In this document: one piece after another, positions 38,901 through 50,725 of the stretch
How the letters are laid out: each line of letters begins with the position of its first letter
Position numbering within the stretch: position 1 is the stretch's first letter
Assembly: GCA_051362555.1 (NCBI GenBank)
Contig: CM120641.1
Span: 48,800,401-48,864,400, forward strand
DNA: 64,000 nt
Reading direction: 5' to 3'
Origin: Lingula anatina
Lineage: Eukaryota > Animalia > Brachiopoda
Translations under genes and position numbers: made by a program
Notes under the pieces: generated by a model
Seen by the model: the letters and a program-made list of their open reading frames with translations, nothing else
Told to the model about the DNA's origin: nothing
The model's database searches: none

Positions 38901-41900
38901 CAACCTGGATGAGGTGGTATAAGTCAATAGAGCTTATGTTATTGGACACAACTACTTTCACATTATAAATACCAAAATCTGCATATCTTCTGAAGTGAAC
39001 AAAGGGCTCGCCATCGTCAGTAACTGTGACACCATGCACGAATTCTTTCTCCCCGTCTTGGTAATAGAAGATACACGTTAACGGGATAGACGGCATCCCT
39101 CTGTCTGCCACCACGGTGAAGTTAACAGCATCGTATGGGTGGGTGACATTGGAGGCGTAGAACTCGGCGTACGAGAGTGGCCGCTCCACAGTCACCACCT
39201 TGTATACTGATACGTAGTGCACGTCGTTAGCCGCCTCCACCTTCACGTGGTACAGTCCCAAGTCAGTGTAACTGTGTGTTTTCGTAACGCGAACGGGTCG
39301 CTCCGCGCTTTGGATGTATAATTCTTCCTCAAAACCATCTCCGTAGTCGATAAGGACGTGGATTGGATCGCCCCGGCCAAAGGTGAAAGTGAACTCAATC
39401 GTGTCATTTATGACTGTATGGTACTTGTCAGCTGCAATTGTCACGTTACCAATCTCCTCTTGAACGTCCAGAATGTGTTTCAGAAACATCACGTGGTCAT
39501 ACGTCACGGTCAAGAAGCGCCCTCCTGGTTTATTGAATACTTCCCCGTCGACCAACAGGGACGAATTTTGGACCTGGTACGGGACAGCTTTTTCGTTGAC
39601 GAGAACATGAACGTTTGATTGAAGAGAGTCCACGGCAGTGAAAGGAAAGACCACCTTGTCTCCAGTGGACATCAACGTGTGGTCAAAGTACCAATTACGA
39701 GCACGGATTATTTCAGAAGTACTTCGCTCTCCGAACTTGTTCTTGCAAGTTGCAGAGGTTCGATAAAGACCAGGCAGAGAATAGTTGTGATACACATCAT
39801 GGCTGCCGATGAATTCATTGAAGGTGACTTCAAACAGGGGAGAGTCGTCGCCGAAATCCATGGTGCACGTCATCGGTGCTCGTCCAATTGAGGTCAGCTG
39901 GTGTCGAATATACCGAGAAGCAGTTGACTCCTCGTATGCTACGAGGTCCACCACCTCCGGTCTTTCGCCTTCGTCCACGAACTGGATTTCGACGTCGATT
40001 GTTTCGGTTCCTGCCACCGTTCGTCCCAACACAGTGACGTTGACGCTGTAAGTGCCCGGATTTTTCCACGAGTGACTGACATCTGGTTTGGTTGTTTCGA
40101 CAGTGACGCCATCTTTGAAGTCAACAATATACCACACATCTTCGTCAGCGTCGGACGTGATCCGAAGAAGGACTTCTTCTCCTGGTAACGTATAAGGTTT
40201 CTGCGAGAAAGTCTCCTTCTTGACCTGCACTGTGACCTCGGCCATTGTGTTGGTCACGTGACTGACGATAAAGACCTCCCATGATCCTAAGGATGGGTCG
40301 CAGGTTGCCTGGAGATCTCGCAAGTCCTCGGGAGTATCAATGCAGCCGCAAAGTTTGTTGTCTTGAAGAAGCGCCACTTTTCTGCCTGACACGTGACAGT
40401 GTTGACGACAGACCATGACTGGGTGTTGAGACTCTGCGACGTCCGTTGTTTCCACAGCAACGGAAGCCAAACAGCCAAGACGGAACAAATTGGTGTCATC
40501 TGAAAGTAGAGACAAATGATCTGCATAATATCTAGGTATATAAGCATGAATATAATAAATATACATGTAGCAGTCACAGACCGATTTTAAGTTTAGATTG
40601 GAATTATTTGTTTTTTTAACCAATTAAACTTAGTTGTTAATTATTGATAAGATAAGTAAACTGAAGATTTTGTTTGTGCATTGACTGTTTGACTCCATAT
40701 TGATTTCCGTTAGCATTAAAAAAAAACCAGAGACATTTCTAAGTGGCTCAAAGCCAGGGTATTCCCTTTGGACCTGGTTACCATGAGGACGTTGGTTATT
40801 ATGGGGTTCGCCTCAATTTAATTATCGTTATGGCCCATTCATTTGTGAACCACAGGTAGTCTAATCACACAACCAGGTATTGAATACATACTTAATACGA
40901 TAAATCAATATATTTGTTGATTGTTTGTCTCCTTTAAATTTTTTATGATTGTTTTAACGAATAAATAACGAAAATGCTTTTGCGTGCGGTATAAGGGGGG
41001 GGGGGGGGTAGTAGATTTGATCATCTACCAAAGTTTTCATTTATGATCGTTTTAGGTTACCGTTCTTTACAATGTGTTGCAAGATAAGGCAGCAGAACAT
41101 TGAACATTTAACCATATGCTAACATGCATTATGAACATAACATCATAACAAACACAGAATGTTATTATAGCGTTACAATAACGTTTAAATTACCAAAAGA
41201 CGTAATGGTAACGATATGGTAACGTTATAATACGTTCTGTGCTTGCTGTGATTGGGATAAAATATCATTTCGTGTGTTTTGTGGGTATCCGTATGTCACT
41301 TACCGATATTCTGGAGCTCCTCTATGGTCAGTATGTAAGACCAGTGTCGAACGGTCCGGACATTGCCGTCAAATACCTCTGCCGAACTCACTTCATCATT
41401 GGCTTTACCCACGAGAAGTCTTGGGAAGGGATCAATGGTGTAAGGAATACGGAGCCTTGAGGCGCCATCCCGGTTTTCTTGAACCAGAAACCCGTCAACA
41501 AAGACGGTGAGACCGCGTTCTAGGTTCCAGACGAGGGTGACCGTTGTCCACTTCCCTGCGTCCAGACCAAATCTGACCGTCCACAGGGTGCCTTGCTTTG
41601 CCACCCCAACTTCGAATTCCTTCCCATAGTTCTGCCTAATATAAACACCTTCAGAGGCTGCCGTCTGACCACCGTTGGATATGAAATATGTGTTTTTGTG
41701 TTTTGGCGGCTGTCTGGAAGGGCGCAGACTAACGGCTAGTGTCATTCCTTCGTCACATTTTGCTAAATTTCCTCTGCAGACATGCGGCGTACTGCCCAGG
41801 TCGTGGACTTGATTACTTACGGTTCCATTTTTGTCGTCTGCGTCAAAAAGTACTGAAAATGATAAACACAATATCATGAATGGAAAGACATCTTGGTATA

Positions 41901-42814
41901 GACTTGTTACTTCCTTCTTGGGTCTATTTGGTGCCCTCTAACCATCAATATCGCTTATATCTATCTTCATTTTATGTTTTCTTTTGCGTTTTTTCCTTTC
42001 ATGTGTGGGGCGTTTTCTCATAGATTCTCGTAGATATTTTTCCTGCATACTTTCTTTTATATTTTATTCTGTCTCCACCCTGTGTTATATTTAAACCTCG
42101 TTTGTATTAAGCCATCTTCATTTAATTCTCAAATCCTACATGAAGTTTATTAATGTTCTAAAATAAATATTATCAACTACCTGTTGTAGGTATAGGCAAT
42201 CCCTGACCAATAGAGCATTTAGAGATAACATGTATTTAATGTTGAAGAAATGTGTGTTGAAATCGACCGTCAAGATTAATCTTTTCAATGTTCCCTTACG
42301 GTATGAGTCAATGCTTATTTACAACTAAAGAATCAGGGAAAATTACGTTGTAAAAATATTTTAAATAATCATTATAAGATAAGTAATCTTAATCTTATAT
42401 CCTATCGATCAAAGTTAGAAATGCTTGCGACAATTGTACAAACGTCGTGAAAGGTTCAACGTAATGCCAGTTGAATATTTGGAAGTGCTCTTTTAAAATA
42501 TATCTTACTGCTCTCTTTTGCTTCTATTTCTTTAAAACGTGATTGATTTCCTTCTTTGAAATACGTGAACAAATGTTTAGCGTAGAAGATTATGAGAAAA
42601 TCATGCACTAAGTTAATAGATTGATAAACTTTTAAATAGACGAGTTCGAAGTGACCCGCATTTTAATCCATTGCAGCAGTTAATAATACACGGCCATTGT
42701 AACGCGTTTTTTTTTTTACATTGAGAAAATTATATAAAGAAAGCGGACAGTACCTTCAGATCTACTGCTGCTGATGAGGCCAAGTAAGAGCAGTGCTGTC
42801 CATAGTGTGCCCAT
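16467..42814 (-). CDS. Polycystin-1 family (PKD1-like/REJ-type) receptor-channel, 23 exons, ~2835 aa
   Basis: Phase-consistent exons: 42814-42754, 41852-41304, 40499-37258, 37027-36881, 36644-36551, 26388-26021, 25741-25591, 25370-25276, 25103-24953, 24788-24649, 24274-24091, 23870-23752, 23499-23269, 22920-22750, 22363-22203, 21972-21293, 21048-20909, 20595-20466, 20201-19954, 19469-19295, 18223-17784, 17578-17320, 17038-16467 (8508 nt). Signal peptide, LamG-like exon, WSC-like Cys cluster, PKD repeats (DFGD/DYGDG...H.Y...G.Y.V), partial REJ, GPS (CRFWNE..W.TDGC..CLCTHLTNF), PLAT (LRIWHDNCG..SWFL..FLCDRWL), FTRVQRISCC, and a polycystin channel domain (TRAIFVEFTLFNPNVNLF, LLRFNRRM, PVLGPLFFF). 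Confidence 0.92.
18430..19270 (+). mobile_element. Non-autonomous Helentron/Helitron2-like element in polycystin intron 20
   Basis: Subterminal inverted repeats aggattcccc (18434-18443) and ggggaatcct (19229-19238), 5' palindrome, 3' hairpin actggct-tt-agccagt (19244-19259), CTAG end, internal gaccttgacc/caaggtca motifs, inserted in a (TAT) tract. Confidence 0.7.
26556..26926 (+). repeat. Left long TIR with 2 subterminal palindromic units
   Basis: Inverted homology to 35044-35554. Each unit contains tatctcgaaatttcgagata. Confidence 0.9.
27197..27665 (+). repeat. Old dispersed repeat, copy B (TTAA-flanked, possibly a piggyBac-like MITE), inside the transposon
   Basis: Homologous to 10855-11280. 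Bounded by ttaa|cacct and aaggg|ttaa. Confidence 0.6.
27885..29363 (+). CDS. IS3/integrase-core DDE transposase, 2 coding exons, ~377 aa
   Basis: Exons 27885-28691 and 29037-29363 (phase 0). N-terminal HTH-like region (LSLRTLKRRL), catalytic motifs GPNYLWHLD, VRGDMGTEN, STHNQRIE, and C-terminal WNCHRIR..NGRP. Confidence 0.9.
30268..31035. repeat. Diverged direct duplication (~30268-30575 and ~30693-31035) between the two convergent transposon genes
   Basis: Collinear shared blocks agagcacaaag, tgatcacaag, aaattacacatat, tgtttgtcagacat, aagtgtaaaatgaaa. Confidence 0.75.
31258..35084 (-). CDS. HECT-domain E3 ubiquitin ligase (G2E3-like), transposon cargo, 2 exons, ~460 aa
   Basis: Exon 35084-35010 (MDQDLEDFMRGRGISDTQIKLLEEK, GT donor) spliced in phase 0 to 32565-31258. 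HECT motifs EDTGGVLRDVLTEFW, FLRYCTGS, and catalytic RRPVAHTCGCVLQLP. Confidence 0.82.
32935..34720. mobile_element. Nested non-autonomous DNA transposon fragment in the HECT intron; right boundary uncertain
   Basis: Starts ttaa|gggccattccgtggtattt, the same 19-bp terminus as 2463-2481. Very AT-rich interior with repeated (t)gtccttcccagatg motifs. Confidence 0.5.
35044..35554 (-). repeat. Right long TIR with 5 tandem ~47-bp subterminal units
   Basis: Repeats of ttcaaatttcaaaatgctatctcgaaatttcgagataaa. Inverted homology to 26556-26926. Confidence 0.9.
41090..41250. mobile_element. Degenerate MITE remnant
   Basis: cagcagaaca...tgtgcttgctg-like ends with internal aacatt/aacgtt repeats. Confidence 0.4.
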
Positions 42815-45800
42815 TCTGGTGAGTGTTCTAGTAAAGCTTGTCGTTAATTTGGTTTCAAGGAAATTTTCTTGTTTTCGCTCATTGCGTGCGCAGATACCGT
42901 ACTTCTCCTTGAACGAGCCCTTTGGGACGCCGCTACAGGTAACAAATATCATTAAGAAACGCTGTCGTCAATATTGTATTATTCATAACCAGTTGATTAA
43001 ATGTTGATTACAGTGTGGCGTTTTTCTCCAAGTTGGAATGGCGTCCTAGCGTGATAACACGGGTAGCCGGGAATTAGAATTGATTTTGGAGGCGAATAAC
43101 GCAGGGGGGCACAGTGTTCAACTGCGTCTTCTCTGGGATGGCTCTGGCATTTCACGGTATCAGTGACGACAAAATCATAAAGTCAAAGGATCTTTAGTAG
43201 GTTTAAAGGGGGTGACGATTTTCATAGTTTGAAGTATTTTAGGCGTTCCTAGTGCCGACATAGCCTTGTATGCTTTTCTTATTAAGAAAACGACTGGTGG
43301 AGAACAAAGTCGGTGATCAGATGGGCTTGATGGATTGCATGCCTCGGAATCGTGATGCAAAATATTTTTGGTTGCCTTCGATTTTTTTCATGGCCTGGTT
43401 AAGTGGAATAACATCGTTGTTTTATGATTTTAAAAAATGAAAAAAGACATCACTGCGATTCCTTGATGCCTATTGCTTTTTCCAAAAACTTTATCAGAAA
43501 TCTTTTGTCTTATGCAATATTGGTTTTAATATTTCAATTTGGGGTTTTAACGTCGCTAAAATTATATTTTCCAATATGATATAACGTAAGGGTCCTATTT
43601 ATCCAGAATGTGATAATAGGCTGGACGGGAGAGAGCAGGTACATCCCAACACAATCCTGTCATCTCAACTGACGCAATCTGAACTGAGCTGCAGCTCGGC
43701 TGTGCCTTTACAAGTTTTGTTTTCTTCGCACCTGTGGGGGAGAACCAGACAAAAAAATGACAGATTGGATACTTATTGACAAAATAGTTTTTTATTTCGA
43801 ATTGACATAATCACGGCCTTATAAAGGAAGTGGACGTTTATTGATAATTTTGAGTAATTCTGGGTGCTTTGTAATTTCCCGACTCCTTTTATCCCAGTGA
43901 AATCCCCTGCAGGCTGTCGCGGCATGTCACCCGCAGACAGTGAACCGAGAGAGAGACTCCACGTAAAACTTTGTAATTTAACTCGAAGGTACAGACCCAT
44001 TATACGTCCTCGGCCATTAACGTCCTATATTACGAGAGATAAGAAGGTCTCAAACGCCAGCTCGTAGCGCTAAAATGACTCGTAAAACCTCCTTGTCTCT
44101 GTGCTTTCTCACAATCTGTGCCACTTCCGCTGCTCCCGTACCTGTCAGCCGTTTCTTTTCTTCTTCTTTCCACCTAGCCACATCTTACCACAAAGGTGAG
44201 CGCTGACTGACAGTTACCCTACACCACGAGCCCGCGGCGTCAACAGGCTTTCACCTCGCTCTTCTACCTGCCTGTTTACACACATAACAACACAACTGCC
44301 TTAAGAACAACAAACTTAGAGCCGAGAACATGAAAACAGTGAAATAAGCTATGTACACTTTGCATTTAGAAACGCCGGGCAGGGTCAGAGACATTTTTTC
44401 ACAGTGAATAGTTTACATAGGTGTCAGTCTGCCATCGAAGTTGGTACAATGAGAGTGACACCATCACAATCGTTTCCATGTATATCGTAACGGCGGAAAA
44501 TGCCATACTGATTCTCAATGAAACCACTTAAATGGGCGTGGGTTCTCCCTACAGGTGAACCAGCCAAGCGCGGTCATTGTGAATACCCGTCCCCCGTCAC
44601 GACTACACCGAGTGGGGCCAGCCACGTGAAGTTAAATAACGTACTCTATGCTTCCTCGGTAGAATATGTTGTTATTTAGACATCAGTGTATTTCGACTTA
44701 GAGAAAAATGGTTTGACAAGATACGCTACCCGGTCCATCCCTGCGCAGAATTAAGATCAGTGATAGTCGTAAATTGAAAATCGTTGTACCATCTCTCCTT
44801 GCACGTAACTGCTCACGAGAACATCTGACGAAATAAATAATGACATAAAGAATCAGTTTAATAAGATAAAAAAAAACATTGTTATTACTGTTTAGGATTT
44901 TCCCATATGAGAGTTTGTAAAGTCCTGGGCAAAACTCATTTTCTACCCGGCTCTGTTGTATGTATAGTTAATACGTTTAACCTGGATTTTCGTACTTTTT
45001 CCTTGCGGCGATTTGCGGCACAATGCCACCGCAGTACTTACATATCGGGACAATTTGGTAGCGATGTGAAAAACCAACTCCTAATCGATGCATAATTGGG
45101 TTCAAGGCGGGTCAGGTACCATGCATTCGAGAACCTCGTAAAAACAGCGAAATAAATAGTGGATTCTCATGTATAAACCTAAAAAGTCAGTTCAACTTCA
45201 AGAGCCAAAGCACTCGATGATCCGTACATTATGTTTAGGAAAACACGCGATTGACTGGCTTGGAAAAAGAACTGCGCAATACTGAATTGACTTACAATTT
45301 GGGTTCTTCCACTAATAGCGGCATTCACAACGCCAGGAAAGGTCGATTTGATAAGGAAATCAAAAGCACTTCACTTCCGATATCATACAATGTGCAAGGT
45401 AGACACTTTGAATACATTTTCTCCATTTCGTTTTGGGGAAAGAAAGGCATAGTCATATTTGCATTTCTAGTTATCTCGCTAATAGCGCCTTTCTTTGCAC
45501 GGCTGGAATTAACACCCTCAAAACTAACAGAGGACCGGACTCCCGTGGATGACAAATCTGAATGCATTTCAAAATTTCTTGCTAATTGCCTTTTTCTTTA
45601 ACCCCCTAATGGATCTAACAGCGTCAAAGGCAACAGAGAGCCCCGTGTTCTATTCTCTGGTAAATGCATGACACGTAAGGAAGCACGACAAAAGTCGGGG
45701 CAAAGGTGGCCGCCTCATTACCCCGCCACTATATCGCCGCAGAGGACATTGAGAGAGAGTTTCAAATAGCAGAGATCACGTTGATAATTACAACTTTTTC

Positions 45801-46493
45801 CATTGTGTTCTCGGTGTGGATGAAGGCGTTCTTATAACTGTTTGTCTGAGGATTATTTACTTTTGACATAGAGATGTAATTGGAATCTGATACGACTGAT
45901 TGAATACCTTTTCTTCCAAGGTGCGCGAAGTCGGTCTGATCAGATGCGCCCTTTGTGCCCGGACCCCGATTTTTCTGCCGCGTTGACTTATAATGATCGT
46001 GGGGCGATGGCTGACCCCGTGGCTTTTTATTCTATCAATTCAATCGAATACTGTCACTCCTTTTACCCATTCAGGCGGACAAGCCCTTCACACTGAGCAA
46101 AGAAGCCTCTCACTTCCAGCTATTTTCCTCAAAATATTGAAATTACATGTATATGAAATAACGGTCTTTGGCTTTTCTTCTTTGGTCATTGTGCACGTTG
46201 GAGAATGCGCTCACAGCTCTGAATTTTTCTTCTTCGTTAAAACTGGCCAGCGGTAACTGCGGTGGGCAAATCGGTGTGCGCACTATCCCCGACGTCGCCC
46301 TGAGGAATTTGACCAGCAATTAGTACGCCGGGTCAGTTTAGCCAGTCTCTCATATGTGTTTTGCGACATATCTGACGATTTGCTGCCGTCACAGTGGCTC
46401 CATGTTGAGGTATTATTAGGCCCACGAGTACTGCCAAAATTTTACCACAAGTAGGACTGTAAACCGCGTAGGACCATTGAGATTCTGATTGAG

Positions 46494-49400
46494 ATGACCA
46501 TGGCATCGCTTTTCTGCGTTATCTACTTCGTATGCTGTATAGTTCTTTCTATTGCAACAGGTAGCGTTATTCAGTTTTTTCTTCTTTGTCATTTTATTGG
46601 TCTGTCTACATGAAGAGCAAAGTTTTATATATGACCTTAACGCAGAGTTGCGCGTTCCATAAAGTTGCGCAAAAATACCACAAAAATTTCACTGCCAACG
46701 TAAAATCGGAATCATCTTTAGGTTATCATTTAAAGGTTAATTCATGTAGACTGACACAGAGGAATTCTGTCTTTTTATTTAGGTTCTCCAGGTGACACAG
46801 ACGCGCACAGCACTACTACTTGCTGTATCAGAGAGAGCAAGATAATCATCGCAGGGTTTGGTAAGTAGTAATGTAAGTAAAAATACCTGTCTGTATGGTT
46901 CAATCCTCTACTTCGTTATTTCTTCTCCACAAAACAATGTAGAACACACTTCCTTATTCATGTTTATTTCTAGATCTTCGACGAAGACCCATCATTTTGG
47001 ATATTGGACAATGCAAGAAGGGGTGCAAGGACGGATCAACAGACGCACAGGTAGGAGACTTGACTTGGGGTCATTAAAAACGGTTACTCTTAATTAAGTG
47101 CAACATTAGCTACTTTATTCTACGGGTATTGGACTTTCAAATTATAGCACAAGCTGGGGTCAAAGTGTCTCGAACTATCAGCCATTAGAGGTCAAATTAG
47201 TCCTTATTGTTTGTTAATGACAGAAAAAATGAAAATCATTTTCCGCTTATGATTAACCCTAATGATCGGTACCAGCATCTGTCCATATGATTTATATGAC
47301 ACACTTGGTGCTATACATCAACATGTTCTGAACTGCGTGATTTAAGTTACTTAGACCACTATATGAAAGTTCAAACTATAACTACATGACATCAACACAC
47401 TTTCTCAGTTACTATTAACGTTAAAAATGTGAAGTAAGAATATATCAGCATATAAACATTGCCCATATTTCTGTCGATAAGTCCCCCCACAATGTCATCC
47501 TATAGATCTCATACAGTCGAAAAGATATAAGGTGCTCAATTCTGTTGCCTCTGATCCTGTGGCGTTCCCCTCCAGGCGGACCATACCCCCTGTCCCCACC
47601 GGGGCACGTGTCGGCCCAACAGAACCAGGATAGAGCAAGTGCGTCTGTACGGGCCGGAGAAAGAGTTCGAGGTTGTTGAGGAATGCGCTTGCCTGGCCAG
47701 GCGCACTGGCTGTGGACGGCAGACGCTGACACAGGTCCTGTTCCCGGATTCACCTTACGAGGTAGAAGTGGATGTTGGTGCGTGCCAAGGACATTGTCAC
47801 CAAGGTAACCAGGGGGGAGCGGACAGTGACGCCACTAACGCACGCAAATTTAGAGATATTTTTATGTTTGTTTATCTATATTTAGCATATATATTTTTCT
47901 TTCACTGGCTACACGTTAATTACATTGGAGGTTGGCACCACAACTCAATATGGATAATGTAATCTGTTTTTTATCCACATCATTTTGGATACGATACCAG
48001 TCATTTTAAACCCCATTCAGAATAGGGGACTAACTAGTCCGAGGATCAAATATGGCGAATATTCTGAATGGGGCCTTAGAGTATAATTTACATTTGGTGT
48101 AATAGATACACATAGCTTTAATCCGGTTAAAGTAAAAATCTAAATAATAATCACCTTTCTTAAATACCTTCAAGAAAAGAACTTATTGCTACTCTTTACC
48201 AGAGGCCAACTGAGTGATGAAATTAATTTCATACCGAAAAATCTTGTCACAGGAGAGAACTGTGTCAAGAATTAGCCAGAAACATACCAGTGAATATCTA
48301 GTGAAAAATGAACCTGTAGTCCTGGTAGAGTGTATCGTATTATCGGAACTTCTTTTGCTGGTCATTTTCTTTCTTGTCTTTGTTTTGAAGGTCATGGAAG
48401 TTGCTCTCCTTTGAGGAACAGAACTATCCAAGTGCCGGGCCCTAATGGTGAGATGACCTCCATCTTTGACAACACTGTTACTGTATTTTTGTCAAATATT
48501 CAAATTGAAATACAACTTTTATGGCCCATTCGGCCGAATTATCGTGATATAATCAACTAACTGAATTGTGATGAAGAATTGATAAAACAAGTGATAATTG
48601 TTGGAATTTTCCAATAAGTTTATTACTTTATATGATAACATTATCATTGCAAAATTGGGGGTCGCTAAAATTTCTTGTGACGGGTTGCTTAGATAACAAA
48701 ATATGCAAAACAACAGCAACGCAAATACTATATAGTTGTTTCACTTTTATTAGTTAACTAAACTTGCATGTTAGCAAAGTTTATTCCATATATTTCACCT
48801 AAACATTCAGGGAAATTAACACAGACTGTTTCTGAAGGTGTTTTAAAAGGCCCCGTGGTCTCAAAGATTGCTGAACATTTTTGACTCAGATCGCCAAATT
48901 CTCATCAAAAGGCATCTACCACAGCTCCAAATTGTACCCGTGTTACATTAGAGGCGCAGTATCTGACATTTGCACTCTCCAAGGTGAATCTGCGCTCCAA
49001 GGGGGTTTTGTTGCATCTCGAGTCACGCGATTTCCGTGACAATAATTTTACATACCTTGAACTTGGAACAAAACTTGCCCCTGTCAGTGTTATTAAGGTT
49101 GATTCTCCAGTGCTTCAGTTTTATCAGTTTTAATATAAAGGTTTTTAAAACTTTCCACCTCTTCTCGTTTTGTCGTAAGTAATTTGGTAAGTTTTGATTG
49201 TGACACGTTGGCACTAGTGATGGGGGGGGGGGGGTACACCTGCCAAGTGCTAACTTAGAACATAACGTCCAAAAATGATTAAAACACGCATTGTTTTATA
49301 AACAAAAAGTAGTCCTTAAAGTTAAATTTTCCCAGACATATAAACGGACCCTTTCCCCTCTAGGGTAGACGCAGTAGCGCCAGACTTGCAGACGCCGGCA

Positions 49401-50725
49401 TAAACCTTGAAGCATCCTTCTACAATGACTTTTTAACAGACACTGCGACACTCCCGGATCATAAATTCTCTCAGTTTATGCGCATCAGTTTGATCATTAA
49501 CAATTGTAATTTCTAAAATTCATGAGATTGAAGGCGGTTTCGATGTGACACCGTGCGTCAGAGTTTTCTGCTGTGCGTGTTTGTAAACAGCCGGCGGGAA
49601 AATAAGCGTACCACGTCGTCCTCTTGTTCTAGGTGTAATGGGCGCTAATAACTCGTTCTAATTTGTCCCTAGACGGCCCTCTGTAACAGCGCAATGCGGA
49701 AGAAAACACGGCAAACTCTCCTAGAAAGCGACTCACGTAAACAAACAAGACACTCGTGGCCTGTACTCAATACTTCCGCGTGTTGTGCATTGTTCAGACT
49801 TCATATTTCTGAGATTATTTATCGGGTTTTCTGTTGTTTAGCACTCTGTTCGCATGAATAACGCCATCGCACATTAGTGATTTACTACCGTGACCTCATC
49901 AAAAGGTTGGGTATTATTCATGATGTTGCAGACGTTTGTGGGACGCGCAATTTCATGTTTAAAAAATCTGGAAAAAAAGAAAAAAAACGAAAAAAGTAGT
50001 AATGCAGGGGGCATGAACAAAATGAGAATATTTTCAAAGAGAAAGAAATCAGTGAAGGCAATAATTTACGCTTTACACACCAGATATACATCACTTCACT
50101 ACATTTAGGATAAAAATTAATCAAATGGAATTTGTTTTTTAACTGTTCAGGTGCAGAGTGCGTAAGCGTCATTGAAGAGTGCCAGTGTGCTTCTCCATGT
50201 TATAGAGTTCAGCATTTCCAATCCTTTTACGACACAAAAATAGATGATAAGACGTTTGAAATTAAGAAAATTGAAAGAAGGCTTGACGTCGGAAAGTGTG
50301 TAGGGAGTTGTGGAGAGAATTCGAACACCTTTAGATGTGTTATGAGGTAAAAGATTATATGACAGCGCGATTTATTTTCTTTATTTCGCTGTTAACACTG
50401 TGCCTGGTTAATTAATATACAAGATACTTTTAGCTGCCGTAACATAAAACAGCTTAAATAGTTTCTAACAGTGATCATATAAGAACAGAAGAAATCTGTC
50501 TAAATCTGTCTAAAAATAACAGAAGATATCTGTCTAAGTCTAAAGAACGCCTTAACATGAAGGTTCTACAATTTCAGGTCCCCCGACAACGTGAAGGAGT
50601 GCCTTATGTCCCTCCAGCACAGAGACAAGTCTTGTACAGCAAGCTCCTACTCTCAGCACACCTACACGGCGTCCGACCTCCGCCAAAGAACTCTGTTCTC
50701 TATTAAAGACTGTGCCTGTCAGTAA
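46494..50725 (+). CDS. pnhd: Pinhead: secreted triple cystine-knot-like protein, 7 exons, ~283 aa
   Basis: Phase-consistent exons 46494-46560, 46783-46860, 46974-47050, 47576-47804, 48391-48447, 50151-50346, 50578-50725. Signal peptide and three repeats of the D(I/V)GxC..xC...CxC pattern (LDIGQCKKGC/EECAC, VDVGACQGHC/EECQC, LDVGKCVGSC/KDCAC). Sits directly upstream of ADMP in the same orientation. Confidence 0.85.
48011..48073. repeat. Tiny inverted-repeat (MITE-like) remnant in pinhead intron 4
   Basis: ccccattcagaata ... tattctgaatgggg, a 14-bp perfect inverted repeat. Confidence 0.6.
49367..49396 (-). promoter_or_regulatory. Candidate tandem BMP-responsive Smad (Mad/Medea/Schnurri-type) elements
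   Basis: Minus strand GGCGTC-TGCAA-GTCTG (49396-49381) matches GRCGNC(N5)GTCTG exactly. It overlaps a near match GGCGCT-ACTGC-GTCT (49381-49367). Confidence 0.5.

Noticed and set aside
42180-42201. Possible 22-nt micro-exon in polycystin intron 1
   Set aside because: Including it breaks the reading frame. Exons 1 and 2 already join in phase.
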